Counted from the stretch's first letter, positions 33,126 to 43,401 are shown. The stretch: 64,000 nt of DNA from an uncultured Candidatus Saccharibacteria bacterium (GCA_964634445.1 CAZWJA010000001.1:10343-74342); one strand, 5' to 3'. Numbers and translations: made by a program. The notes: generated by a model from the letters alone, not told the origin.

Positions 33126-34322
33126 ATGAAACAAAAAAATAATAAGTTAGCCGTCAGGGCTGAACTGCTAAAAGAAAAGGTGCTGTTCAAGTCCCGCTAC
33201 GGGGAAAAAGAAGAGCGCATGTATTTGCGTTTAGCTAAGAAGTTTAGGCTGGAGAAACCTAAATACTGGTGGCGGGAGCAGGGTATAATAACAAAAATAT
33301 TCTGCACGCTGCTGGCAATATTAATCCTAATGGTAAGTTCAGCATATGGTATCGCCCGCTGGTATATCCACACTCAGAGCCACAAGGAATTCAAGTTTGG
33401 TACATCTTTTATACCGAGCTATGCCCGTTACTTCGGTCTCCAGCCGGAAGAAACCATGCAGGCTATGATCAGCGACCTTGGAATAAGGCATTTCCGGCTG
33501 GTCAGCTATTGGGAAGATATTGAGAAAACGCCTGGGCAATATGACTTCAAGGAACTCGACTGGCAGTTCAGAAAAGCCGAGGCTTCTAATTCTACCGTCA
33601 GCTTAAGCATTGGGCTGCGTCAGCCACGCTGGCCGGAATGCCATCAGCCGGAGTGGACCAAGACACAGACTAAGGACGTCTGGTACCCGCAGTTAAAAGA
33701 AGTTATGCGTAAAACCATCGACCGCTACAAAACTAGTCCGGCATTGGAGAGTTACCAGTTGGAAAACGAATTCTTCCTAAAAGTATTCGGCGAATGCACG
33801 GACTTCGACCGCGACCGATTAATAGACGAATTTAACTACGTAAAAGCACTGGATCCAAACCATACGGTTATTATTGCCAGAAGCAACAATGCCTGGGGTA
33901 TTCCGATCGGCCAGCCACAGGCTGACAAATTTGGCGTTTCCGTATACAAGCGGGTTTGGGATAAGGCAGTCACTAAACGCTACTTTGAATATCCTTTCCC
34001 AGCCTGGTTCTACGCCTTTTTAGCCGGTTCCGGAAAAATAGTTACCGGCAAGGATTTGATCATCCATGAGCTACAAACAGAACCGTGGGGGCCAAACAAG
34101 GGTATCACCGAGATTTCGATAGAAGAACAAAATAAGTCACTTAACGCCGAGCGACTGGCTGATCGGATTGCTTACGGCAAAGCAACTGGTATGCGTGAAG
34201 TAGATCTTTGGGGTGTTGAAATGTGGTATTGGCGCAAAACCAAACTAAATGACCCGAGTCTTTGGGAATCGGGTAAAAAGGCATTGCATGACCAACAATG
34301 CTACCAATGCTATAACAAGTGA
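33126..34322 (+). CDS. Membrane-anchored clan GH-A glycoside hydrolase (GH42/GH5-like)
   Basis: RLVSYW..IE..PGQYDF, QLENE (acid/base), HELQTEPW. Confidence 0.75.
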   Translation: MKQKNNKLAVRAELLKEKVLFKSRYGEKEERMYLRLAKKFRLEKPKYWWREQGIITKIFCTLLAILILMVSSAYGIARWYIHTQSHKEFKFGTSFIPSYARYFGLQPEETMQAMISDLGIRHFRLVSYWEDIEKTPGQYDFKELDWQFRKAEASNSTVSLSIGLRQPRWPECHQPEWTKTQTKDVWYPQLKEVMRKTIDRYKTSPALESYQLENEFFLKVFGECTDFDRDRLIDEFNYVKALDPNHTVIIARSNNAWGIPIGQPQADKFGVSVYKRVWDKAVTKRYFEYPFPAWFYAFLAGSGKIVTGKDLIIHELQTEPWGPNKGITEISIEEQNKSLNAERLADRIAYGKATGMREVDLWGVEMWYWRKTKLNDPSLWESGKKALHDQQCYQCYNK

Positions 34323-34334
34323 TATAAATAAGTA

Positions 34335-35228
34335 ATGGAAGAAAACCTGTTTGGTGCCAGCCTATCTGTAAAACAGTGCCGAAACTTCGGTATAAATGAT
34401 CTGGAGGTATTAAAAGCAGCAATTACTGAACTGCATATCATACGCTTCAGGCTAATGAGCTACTGGAATGAGATTGAAAAGTCACCCGGCAAATATGACT
34501 TTAAATATTTAGATCGTCAGATCAGAACGGTCGAAAGCTACGGCGGCGAAGTTACACTCTGTTTAGGAGTACGCCAGCCAAGATGGCCTGAGAGCCATTG
34601 GCCAAATTGGACTGAGAAAGTAAGTCAAGCCAAAAGAAACAGGGATTTAATAAAGTTTATTAAATTAACTGTTAACCGATACAAGGATAGCTCAACTATC
34701 TCCAGCTGGCAGCTGGAGAACGAAGCTTTGCTGAAATCCTTCGGGGAAAAGGGAGACTTCAATCGAAAACGGTTAATTCAGGAATACGAACTCGTCAAAA
34801 AGCTGGATCCGACACGTCCATTAATAATGTCGACCAGTACCTCGTGGGGTATCCCACTCAGAAACCCGATTCCGGATACAGTCGGCTTCTCGTATTACAG
34901 GATTACGCATGATAACAACGAATACCGGCATTCTATTTACATGCCTTGGGTGTTTAGCTTGAGGGCATTTCTAATTAATTTTATCTGGCGCAGGCCAAGT
35001 TTTATCCATGAGCTGCAAGCAGAACCATGGGGACCTATGAACATATGGGAAATGGACGCGCAGGAACAGGCTAAATCCATGAACGAAGATATACTTGCGA
35101 GTAATATTAAAGCAGCCATTAAAACAAAGTTGTTTCCGATAGATTTTTGGGGTCTGGAATGGTGGTACTGGCTGAAACAAAACAACGACAATGATATTTG
35201 GAATAAAGTAAAAGAACTTACTAAATAA
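34335..35228 (+). CDS. Glycoside hydrolase, paralog of the upstream gene
   Basis: RLMSYWNEIE, RQPRWPE, QLENE, HELQAEPW; no TM. Confidence 0.75.
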   Translation: MEENLFGASLSVKQCRNFGINDLEVLKAAITELHIIRFRLMSYWNEIEKSPGKYDFKYLDRQIRTVESYGGEVTLCLGVRQPRWPESHWPNWTEKVSQAKRNRDLIKFIKLTVNRYKDSSTISSWQLENEALLKSFGEKGDFNRKRLIQEYELVKKLDPTRPLIMSTSTSWGIPLRNPIPDTVGFSYYRITHDNNEYRHSIYMPWVFSLRAFLINFIWRRPSFIHELQAEPWGPMNIWEMDAQEQAKSMNEDILASNIKAAIKTKLFPIDFWGLEWWYWLKQNNDNDIWNKVKELTK

Positions 35229-35278
35229 TATATTATATACTTTGTCGAGTTTAAAATATCGGTTACAATGTACTAGTT

Positions 35279-35749
35279 ATGCCTAAGAAGAAACCCACAC
35301 AGTCTAAAACCATTTCCAATCGTCGAGCCCGGCATGATTATGCTATCGACGACAGCTTGCTCGTGGGCATGATTCTGACTGGTGCCGAGACTAAATCCCT
35401 GCGGCACGGCCATGGCCAGCTTAGGGGAGCCTACGTTACTGTCAAAGACGACGAGCTTTGGCTAATTAATGCCACCATTTCCTCAATGCCGGGAATAAAC
35501 ATTCCTGAATCCGACCAAACAAGAAGTCGTAAACTGCTGGCCAAAAGAAAAGAAATCGACAAATTAATTGCCAGTAAAAAGCAGGGCCAGACAATAGTGC
35601 CACTGGAAATACTGACAAGAGGCAGATTTATTAAGCTCAGGATTGCTGCCGGCAAAGGCAAGAAGCACTACGACAAAAGAGAAACGTTAAAGAAACGGGA
35701 TGAGACTCGTCAAGCAAATGCAGCTATAAAGAATCGGGTTCGCGCGTGA
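35279..35749 (+). CDS. smpB: SsrA-binding protein
   Basis: NRRARHDY, LTGAETKSLR, GKGKKHYDKRE. Confidence 0.97.
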   Translation: MPKKKPTQSKTISNRRARHDYAIDDSLLVGMILTGAETKSLRHGHGQLRGAYVTVKDDELWLINATISSMPGINIPESDQTRSRKLLAKRKEIDKLIASKKQGQTIVPLEILTRGRFIKLRIAAGKGKKHYDKRETLKKRDETRQANAAIKNRVRA

Positions 35750-36261
35750 GTCCGGATAAAGCCGATGAGAAAATTGCCGTTGTAGATGACAAAGGCAATA
35801 TTCTAAAGTTAGTTACCCGAGGTGAAATAGCAGATAACTATACCTGGCGGATCATATGCGTATGGATAGAGAACGATAACGGACAAGTGCTACTTCAGCA
35901 AAGATCATACAAGAAAAGATTAGGACCTGGACTCTGGACCTGTGCCGTTGAAGGAACCGTGGAAGGCAATGACACTTTTGAGACTACGGCCAATAGGGAA
36001 ATAGTGGAAGAAATAGGATTAACTGAATTTAAGCTCGTAAAAGCTAATAAAGTCTTATATAAAGCTGAACTTGGATCAAGATTAGCACAAGGGTACAAGG
36101 TTAAATGCAATTGGCCAATAGAGAAGTTTTCACCGCAAGAAAGTGAAGTTGAACAGCTTAAGTGGGTAAAACGAAATGAAGTTATACAAAAACTACAGAA
36201 TAATGATCCGGATTTTCCAAAAGCCGGCAAAGTCTGGCTAGATATGTTTAATCTTGTTTAA
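35746..36261 (+). CDS. NUDIX hydrolase (IDI-like)
   Basis: LLQQRS..K..PGLW, ANREIVEEIG. Confidence 0.85.
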   Translation: MSPDKADEKIAVVDDKGNILKLVTRGEIADNYTWRIICVWIENDNGQVLLQQRSYKKRLGPGLWTCAVEGTVEGNDTFETTANREIVEEIGLTEFKLVKANKVLYKAELGSRLAQGYKVKCNWPIEKFSPQESEVEQLKWVKRNEVIQKLQNNDPDFPKAGKVWLDMFNLV

Positions 36262-36330
36262 AAAGCCATATCTACGGTATAATTCATCGGTTACAATCAG
36301 TTTAGATTAGTAAAGTACTTTTAATTTTAT

Positions 36331-36405
36331 TCCCGGGTAGCTCAATGGTGGAGCAAGAAGCTGTTAACTTCGAGGTTGTCGGTTCGAGTCCGACCCCGGG
36401 AGCCA
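36331..36405 (+). tRNA. tRNA-Asn(GTT), integration site
   Basis: Acceptor TCCCGGG/CCCGGGA, anticodon loop CTGTTAA, GTCGG-TTCGAGT-CCGAC, CCA. Confidence 0.97.
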
Positions 36406-36637
36406 GAGCAAGCAGTGAAAATCGCAGACCGGTTTCCAAGACCGAAAAGCACTTTCACTCCTTGCTCACCAAGGAAGTAAGATTGCCGATAACAAGGTTA
36501 CGATGTTGGAACCACCAGGAATGGTGGTTCTTTCATTTTTACCTCTGTTATTCAGTTATAACCGCGACTTGTCCAGCCCGAAGGAAGCAAGCAATGAAAA
36601 AACAGACCTGGTTCCTAGACCCGTCCTTTTACTGATT
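36399..36637 (+). repeat. Left-end non-coding module, copy 1
   Basis: Near-ungapped similarity to 57247-57485: GGAGCCAGAGC, GCAGTGAAA, TTCACTCCT, ATGTTGGAACCACC, GGTGGTT, GACCTGGTTCC. Confidence 0.88.
36509..36540 (+). terminator. Terminator-like hairpin within left module
   Basis: GAACCACCA-GGAA-TGGTGGTTC followed by TTTCATTTTT. Confidence 0.7.
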
Positions 36638-36663
36638 CAAAGAAAAAATGCGAGCTAGCTATG

Positions 36664-37497
36664 TCAGCTGAGACTGTGCATGAAACTTTTAATTTGCAAA
36701 TTCACATAATCGGGCTTCTCAGCCATCAATAAATGACCAGTGCCTTCCACAATATGAGTCCGTGTTGGTTGAAGGCGTTCGCAAAATTGCAGCCCATTTG
36801 CTAAAGGCAGAACACGATTTTGTTGACCCCAAAAGACCATGGTAGGAGGTAAGTGTGTTGGTCGAGCAAAATCATGACTGAATTTATTAAACGAAGATAG
36901 GCCTCTCTTCAGGTTTAGTCGTGACATTGTTTGTGTTGGGCTATGGGCCTCTTTACTCTCCGCTAGAAAAACTGGATCTGTAGGATTAGGCAGGGCCGCA
37001 TAGTTGGTGCGCACGGCGGTCGTAATCACACCAGGAATGTACTCAATCGTTTTCTGTGTAGCCACGTGAATCGGTTTTAAAAAACCAGGTAACGGTAAGC
37101 TCGCTAAGCGCACCAAAGGTGTCATCATGTCATGACCACCACAGAGATTAAACAAAATCAAAGCCTTCAGCCGTGAAGAATTTCGAATGCCATACTCAAG
37201 GGCGGCCGCTGCACCCACACAGTTGCCAACTAATGTAACATTCTTTAGACTGAGTTTCGATAAAATTTCATCAGTCATTTGAGTATAAAAATCGAGACCG
37301 TAAGTTACATTTGGACGATCCGAAGCACCGCACCCTAGCATATCAAAAGCAAACACACGATATTTTTTAGCGAAATACTGTATTTGATAGTGCCAGATCC
37401 AGTGCCCACTGCCACCATTGTGCAGAAACAGCATTGGCTCACCAGATCCGACCTCTATGTATTTAACAGTTCCTGAACCCAGGGATAGGCTTTTCAT
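36664..37497 (-). CDS. Alpha/beta hydrolase with Cys at the nucleophile position
   Basis: FLHNGG, FDMLGCGAS, GNCVG, GHLLMAE; alternative start at 37527. Confidence 0.85.
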   Translation of the reverse strand: MKSLSLGSGTVKYIEVGSGEPMLFLHNGGSGHWIWHYQIQYFAKKYRVFAFDMLGCGASDRPNVTYGLDFYTQMTDEILSKLSLKNVTLVGNCVGAAAALEYGIRNSSRLKALILFNLCGGHDMMTPLVRLASLPLPGFLKPIHVATQKTIEYIPGVITTAVRTNYAALPNPTDPVFLAESKEAHSPTQTMSRLNLKRGLSSFNKFSHDFARPTHLPPTMVFWGQQNRVLPLANGLQFCERLQPTRTHIVEGTGHLLMAEKPDYVNLQIKSFMHSLS

Positions 37498-37637
37498 AAT
37501 AAAGACAGTATACATTCGGGAATTCATGATTACGTAAAAAGTTTTCTCTGAGTAGACCCATTTTCCAGATAATCGTTTATACTTACAATTAATAAAGTTC
37601 TGTTACCCTCGGTAGACTAAACTGCCCTAATCTAAAT

Positions 37638-38423
37638 ATGTCCAATCAAACTAGTACAATTGCCAAGAAAATGCACGGATCCGGCCAGCCGGTTGTATTG
37701 CTCCATGGGTTTGCACACTCGCACAAGTATTGGAACAAAGTGGTTAGACATATGCCACATGACAAATTTCATATCATTACACCTGATAGCATCGGATTTG
37801 GGATGTCGGACAAACCCACAGAACTAAACTATGACATCGATGACCATTCTGAAGAACTCGTAAGGGCACTCTTGAAACACGTTAGTCAGCCAGTAATTCT
37901 AGTTGGACACTCCATGGGCGCAATGATAGCGCTTAGAATCGCCAAACATCACCCACATTTAGTTCAAAAGCTTATTTTGATAAATCCTCCTCTTTTCACA
38001 AGTCCAGAGCATGCAAGACGCGTGATAATGAGTAAGCTGCCGCTACTTTACAAGGCTTATATTGGGAGACTAGGCATAGTTATCCACTCCATGAGAGATA
38101 GCTGGTTCATGGACTTTCTGCATACAACTTTATTGGCAAAAAATCCCGACTTGAGAGATATTGTCACTGATTACTTAAGTCACACGAGACGATCATTCAT
38201 CTATACCTTGCGAAACACCATATTTGCATACTCAATGTACGATGATCTCCGAGAACTCAAGACAAATACAAAATACATCTACTGCCCCAATGACCCATTC
38301 TACGACCCGGCATCACTTGCTTTCTTCAGTAAATATCCGAATATGCAAGCAGTTAAAATCTCTGGTGGCCACAAGATACCCTATGTTAATGCAGAACAGG
38401 TCGTTCATGAGATATGCGCTTAA
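37638..38423 (+). CDS. Alpha/beta hydrolase
   Basis: LLHGF, GHSMG, GGH. Confidence 0.88.
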   Translation: MSNQTSTIAKKMHGSGQPVVLLHGFAHSHKYWNKVVRHMPHDKFHIITPDSIGFGMSDKPTELNYDIDDHSEELVRALLKHVSQPVILVGHSMGAMIALRIAKHHPHLVQKLILINPPLFTSPEHARRVIMSKLPLLYKAYIGRLGIVIHSMRDSWFMDFLHTTLLAKNPDLRDIVTDYLSHTRRSFIYTLRNTIFAYSMYDDLRELKTNTKYIYCPNDPFYDPASLAFFSKYPNMQAVKISGGHKIPYVNAEQVVHEICA

Positions 38424-38441
38424 AAAGGATGGGGGCTAAGT

Positions 38442-39011
38442 ATGCAACCATATCTGATCTTATTTTTCTTAAACTTCCTTGAAGGGTCTGTTATTACTCT
38501 TGGTGCTGGCCTATCTGCGCAGGCTACCCATCTTGACTACTGCTTAGCCCTACTGACTCTCATCACCGCCGACATCGTCAGTGATCTTTTCTACTATGGT
38601 TTGGGTAGATTTGGTGGGGGTATCCTTCACACAAAGTATGCAAGAATAATTGGCGTCACAGAGCATCATCTAGATTTGGTCGAAAGCTATTATTCGAAGC
38701 ATGGTAAAATTACGCTTTTCTTTGCTAAAATGTCTGACCTTCTAGCAATGCCAGCAGTGATCATTGCTGGTGCTATAAAGATGAAGCTCCGCGACTATAT
38801 TGCAGTCAGTGTTGTGACGTCCATTCTTAAAGCCGTTCTATTATTCTCAGCCGGATACTTACTCGGGAACAGTCTAGGCCGTAATGGTTTAGTGCTTATA
38901 CAAAATATGCTTAGCGGTCTATTTATTCTAATTTTAACAATCTTTATATTCCGCTATTTCTATGTCAAGATTAGACAAGATAAGGCTCTCAAAAGGAAAC
39001 TACGTCAGTAA
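38442..39011 (+). CDS. DedA/VTT family membrane protein
   Basis: DLFYYGLGRFGG, KHG, AGAIKM, GYLLG. Confidence 0.85.
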   Translation: MQPYLILFFLNFLEGSVITLGAGLSAQATHLDYCLALLTLITADIVSDLFYYGLGRFGGGILHTKYARIIGVTEHHLDLVESYYSKHGKITLFFAKMSDLLAMPAVIIAGAIKMKLRDYIAVSVVTSILKAVLLFSAGYLLGNSLGRNGLVLIQNMLSGLFILILTIFIFRYFYVKIRQDKALKRKLRQ

Positions 39012-39013
39012 TT

Positions 39014-39781
39014 ATGCAGCAAACTAAGCCATTATTTTGGGTTGTTATACCGTTCTTCAACGAGCAAAAGCTCATACTAAAAACTCTTGAGGCTTTAGAG
39101 CAGCAGAGTGATACAGATTTTGCGATGGTGTTAGTAAATAATATGAGCACCGACAAGTCCCCTCAAATTGTTCGGACATTTATTAAGCAACACCCAAGAC
39201 TAAATATCCATTTAATTAACGAGAAGCAGAAAGGCACTGGTGCAGCATCTGACACTGGCTTTCGTTATGCGATTCAACACGGCGCAACCATTGTTGCAAG
39301 AACTGATGCAGACGCATTGCCGTGCAAAGATTGGGTGCGTTTACTCAAACATGAGTTTGCAACCGGGGCACGTTTTGTTGGTGGGAGGTTGGCAGCACGA
39401 ACCGATGAACCAAACTACCGTTGGTATGACGGCTTCATCACCGCTATATTCGTGCGTATTTTTGAGCCTGCGCCGCGTATTTTCTACAAACGCCCAGGTC
39501 AACGCTATCCACTCTTTATGGTACCGGGTTTAAACATGGCTATAGACGCAAAATTATACTTGGAGGTGGACGGCTTTCCACGCTCAAGCATTGACGATAC
39601 AGACGAGGATCTTGAGCTACACCTAAAGGTTTGTCAGATTATTGATAAGTCACAAGCTCGCCTTAATAAGCAAGCACTCGTCTACGGCTCTATTCGGAAA
39701 GCGAAATCAATGGGTTATCTGAATATCATACTGTGGTACTGGAGTCGTAAACATAAACCGGACGTTATTGATGTCCGCTAG
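39014..39781 (+). CDS. GT2 glycosyltransferase
   Basis: VIPFFNE, VNNMSTD, RTDAD, GLNMAI, ED. Confidence 0.88.
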   Translation: MQQTKPLFWVVIPFFNEQKLILKTLEALEQQSDTDFAMVLVNNMSTDKSPQIVRTFIKQHPRLNIHLINEKQKGTGAASDTGFRYAIQHGATIVARTDADALPCKDWVRLLKHEFATGARFVGGRLAARTDEPNYRWYDGFITAIFVRIFEPAPRIFYKRPGQRYPLFMVPGLNMAIDAKLYLEVDGFPRSSIDDTDEDLELHLKVCQIIDKSQARLNKQALVYGSIRKAKSMGYLNIILWYWSRKHKPDVIDVR

Positions 39782-40355
39782 TGCGCCAATTGCTTACATC
39801 TGTGTTATTCCAAAGACTGAGGTACATAACTATGTATCCACTCCTATGCCAGCTCATTACGAGGGTACGATTCGAGATGAATCAAGAATGGGCTATGCAA
39901 TTCTTGCAAATATATTAAAAAACAAATTCGGTGTCACCCATCATGTTAAAAATATACTCGCGAAGCCAAATGGCAAGCCTTACATTAAAGATAGTTCGAT
40001 TTGTTTTAACATTGCATACAGTCAGGATTATGTAGCTTGTGCAGTCGGCCAGCAAGAGATCGGTATTGACATTGAGCAGCCAAGAGAACTACACCCTAAA
40101 TTAATACTCAAACTACTGACCCCCGAAGAAATTGATGATGGCGTGGATCCGCTTCGGGCGTGGGTCATAAAGGAAGCATACAGCAAACTACTCGGCGCTG
40201 GACTGGCACTTGGTTTCGCATCAATATCAGTTGACACAATACTAGGCAGACAGCCACATTTTATTGTCCCGAACAAACTGTATACCTGTGCAGTTTTTTA
40301 CGAGAATCCAAACACAATGGTAAAGATCCAATATACACTTGAGGATACATTATGA
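39768..40355 (+). CDS. 4'-phosphopantetheinyl transferase (Sfp-like)
   Basis: NGKP, IGIDIE, WVIKEAYSK..G.GL. Confidence 0.88.
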   Translation: MMSASAPIAYICVIPKTEVHNYVSTPMPAHYEGTIRDESRMGYAILANILKNKFGVTHHVKNILAKPNGKPYIKDSSICFNIAYSQDYVACAVGQQEIGIDIEQPRELHPKLILKLLTPEEIDDGVDPLRAWVIKEAYSKLLGAGLALGFASISVDTILGRQPHFIVPNKLYTCAVFYENPNTMVKIQYTLEDTL

Positions 40356-41332
40356 AGCGAGTACTGATAACAGGCGCAACGGGCTTTTTGGGCAGTTACA
40401 CAGTTGCAGAGTTTAGTAAGCACGGGTATTACGTTATAGCGACTGGGCGCGATCAGGAAAAGCTTGCTAAGCTCAAACCTGCCGCAAACGAGACAATCAC
40501 ATGTGACTTGAGCAACCTAGCTAAAAAACGCGTGAAGGCGGATGTGGTCGTGCATATTGCAGCACTATCTACTATCTGGGGCAGTTGGGCCGACTTTTAT
40601 AATGCGAACGTCCTTGGTACACAACAGGTTATCTGGTTTTGCCAGAAAAACGCTATCAAAAAATTAGTGTTTATATCATCACCAAGTATTTATTCAAGCA
40701 GACAGCATCGCCTAAATATTCACGAATCAGCGTATAACCCGAAAAATAAGCTTAATAACTACATTCGCTCAAAAATTGCTGCCGAGAAATTGGTGCAAGC
40801 GGCCAATAATAACAACCTGCATACTGTCATTTTAAGACCACGTGGCATTTTCGGAATCGGCGATACCAGCATCGTGCCACGTTTAATCAAGGCGAATAAC
40901 ACCATTGGCCTACCGCTTATTAATAATGGCCAAAACCAGGTTGATATGACCTGTGTTGAAAATGTGGCCCACGCCATACGCTTAGCCGTGGAGTCTCAAA
41001 AAGCGAACGGACACACATACAATATTACCAACGGTGAGCCGCGCTCCTTTAAGGACATTACCGAGAAACTCCTTAAAGATATCAACCAAAAACCTCGCTA
41101 CAAACGCTTATCTCCAAACAGTCTCTATGCCATGGCTACAGTTTTGGAGCATGCCTATCGTTTGTTACGTATACCTAACGAACCAGCCATAACAAGATAT
41201 ACTGTGTGTACGCTGGGTTATTCGCAGACACTTGATATATCTAGTGCAAGGAAAGACTTAGGCTATGCACCGATAATTAGTCTTAACGCAGGACTTAAGA
41301 AATATGCCGACAACTACACAAAAAATAACTAG
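40352..41332 (+). CDS. Extended SDR, 3-beta-HSD/OleD-like reductase
   Basis: TGATGFLG, SSPSIY, YIRSK, LRPRGIFG. Confidence 0.9.
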   Translation: MKRVLITGATGFLGSYTVAEFSKHGYYVIATGRDQEKLAKLKPAANETITCDLSNLAKKRVKADVVVHIAALSTIWGSWADFYNANVLGTQQVIWFCQKNAIKKLVFISSPSIYSSRQHRLNIHESAYNPKNKLNNYIRSKIAAEKLVQAANNNNLHTVILRPRGIFGIGDTSIVPRLIKANNTIGLPLINNGQNQVDMTCVENVAHAIRLAVESQKANGHTYNITNGEPRSFKDITEKLLKDINQKPRYKRLSPNSLYAMATVLEHAYRLLRIPNEPAITRYTVCTLGYSQTLDISSARKDLGYAPIISLNAGLKKYADNYTKNN

Positions 41333-42116
41333 TGTGCAGTATTACAACTGTGGGAATTGTGTGAACAGGCTTGGCTTTGTATATCGAAATCAGAGTTTTC
41401 AAAAACGCGTGTTCCCGTCAGGGGTATTTTTGATTAAGCATTCAAAGTATGGTTACGTATTGTTTGACACAGGCTATTCGCTCAATATCTACAAAACAGG
41501 TTGGCGTGGTTGGCTCTATCGACTATTAAACCCGACTCATGTCAGCCGGGAGGAAGAGATTGACGTCCAGCTTAAAAAAGATGGTATTACACCAAAAGAC
41601 ATTCAATATGTAGTTTTATCACATCTCCATCCAGACCACATTGGCGGTTTAAAATTCTTTAACCAGAGCCAGTTTATTATCACTAAAGATAGCTACCGCG
41701 CATATCAACATCCACACACTACAGATCTTCTTTTTCCGGCACTGCTGCCAAATTGGTTTGAGTCACACATCCTGAAGTTAGAAGATATGCAGCTAAAGCT
41801 AGCTACGCACACTGGGTTGGCTGGCTACGATTTATTTGGCGATGGCACGCTAATTCTCACACCGCTCGAAGGTCACACAAATGGCCATTTAGGGGCATTT
41901 ATCCCTGGTGAATTATTGCTAGCCGGCGATGCTTGTTGGGGCGAAGATCTCATGAAGCCGTCAAGAAACATGCGTCGTATTATTAACCTAATTCATCATG
42001 ACCACGGAGCGTTTTTGAAGACACTACATACACTGAGCCGCCTTAAGCAGCAAGGAGTAAGGTTATGCTTCAGCCATGACCAATATGAACAGAAGGAACT
42101 TCTGCGTGCAAAATAA
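41304..42116 (+). CDS. MBL-fold metallo-hydrolase (lactonase-like)
   Basis: LFDTGY, SHLHPDHIGG, GHT, AGDA, SHD. Confidence 0.9.
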   Translation: MPTTTQKITSVQYYNCGNCVNRLGFVYRNQSFQKRVFPSGVFLIKHSKYGYVLFDTGYSLNIYKTGWRGWLYRLLNPTHVSREEEIDVQLKKDGITPKDIQYVVLSHLHPDHIGGLKFFNQSQFIITKDSYRAYQHPHTTDLLFPALLPNWFESHILKLEDMQLKLATHTGLAGYDLFGDGTLILTPLEGHTNGHLGAFIPGELLLAGDACWGEDLMKPSRNMRRIINLIHHDHGAFLKTLHTLSRLKQQGVRLCFSHDQYEQKELLRAK

Positions 42117-43401
42117 ACTCACAACACTCCGTTATTTTGCAGAAACACGCTGGTTCAAGAAATTTAATTCGCGGAAAGAACTCCAGACATTTCAGGAAAA
42201 AATGGTCATAAAACATATGGCATTTCTTAAAGATAATTCACCTTTTTTCGCTAAGCTTCCCCTGATTACGAATATGGATGAGTTCAAACAGCTGCCGCTC
42301 ATGGACAAATCTGTGATGATGAAGGATTTTAATGCCATGAATACACTTGGGTTAGATAAAGACAGGGCGTTAAAAATCGCTATCAAAAGTGAGAAGTCAC
42401 GAAACTTCACGCCTACTTATAACAGCATATCGGTTGGTCTTTCGTCAGGAACAAGTGGACACAGGGGCTTATTCTTAGTAAGCGACAAGGAGCGTAGTGC
42501 TTGGGCTGGCGCGGTACTCGGTAAATACCTACCACCAGGGAAGCCATTTGGTCACCGTATTGCGTTCTTTCTGCGCGCCAACAACAACCTGTATGAAACT
42601 ATTAACTCTCGTTTTATTACGTTTCGTTATTTTGACATCTATAAGGATATGTCTAAAAACCTTAACGAGCTTGCAAGTTATCAACCATCTATAATTGTCG
42701 CCCCACCGTCAGTACTTAGTGTTATAGCCAATCAACTTGAAACAGGAGAATTATCAATACATCCCCATAAGATTATCTCTGTAGCCGAAGTATTAAACCC
42801 TCGAGATGAATTGCGTTTTAAAAAAGTATTTAGCCAGGGTATTATTTTTCAGGCCTATCAATGTACTGAGGGCTTTCTAGCCCATACCTGCCAGCAAGGC
42901 TCGCTGCACCTTAATGAAGACACTGTCTACGTTGAGAAGGAATTTCTAGACGCAAAGCGGTTTGTGCCCATAATTACCGATTTTCGGCGACGTTCGCAGC
43001 CAATCATACGTTATCGACTAAACGACATACTGGTTTTATCAAAAAAGCATTGCTCTTGTGGCAGCGCTATGACAGCTATTGAGCGCATCGAAGGTCGTGA
43101 AGATGATATTTTCCTATTCAAAAACCAAGCCGGTGAAACCGTCCAAGTATTCTCGGACATGATTGGACGCTGTATGCTCTATGTTAAAAATATAAAAGAT
43201 TACCGAGTAGTACAGACCGATTACACAAAATTAGTTATCCATCTGGATGATATAAATGCAAACACTAAGCAGGCGATAAGACACGAGATCACTAAACTTG
43301 CCCAAAAACTATCCTTTAAGACGCCAGAATTGGAATTTGTGGCCTATGAGCTCGATTTGAGTAGAAAATTAAAGCGAATTGAGAGACAATTTAGTAAATG
43401 A
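42076..43401 (+). CDS. F390 synthetase/PaaK-related adenylate-forming enzyme
   Basis: GLSSGTSGHRG, YQCTEGF, IIRYRLND, EGREDD; true start may be GTG 42106. Confidence 0.85.
   Translation: MTNMNRRNFCVQNKLTTLRYFAETRWFKKFNSRKELQTFQEKMVIKHMAFLKDNSPFFAKLPLITNMDEFKQLPLMDKSVMMKDFNAMNTLGLDKDRALKIAIKSEKSRNFTPTYNSISVGLSSGTSGHRGLFLVSDKERSAWAGAVLGKYLPPGKPFGHRIAFFLRANNNLYETINSRFITFRYFDIYKDMSKNLNELASYQPSIIVAPPSVLSVIANQLETGELSIHPHKIISVAEVLNPRDELRFKKVFSQGIIFQAYQCTEGFLAHTCQQGSLHLNEDTVYVEKEFLDAKRFVPIITDFRRRSQPIIRYRLNDILVLSKKHCSCGSAMTAIERIEGREDDIFLFKNQAGETVQVFSDMIGRCMLYVKNIKDYRVVQTDYTKLVIHLDDINANTKQAIRHEITKLAQKLSFKTPELEFVAYELDLSRKLKRIERQFSK

Noticed and set aside
35279-36330. tmRNA next to smpB
   Set aside because: No intergenic space or tmRNA ends seen.
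36345-36635. 96-aa ORF
   Set aside because: It starts inside tRNA-Asn and runs through the non-coding module and its terminator hairpin.
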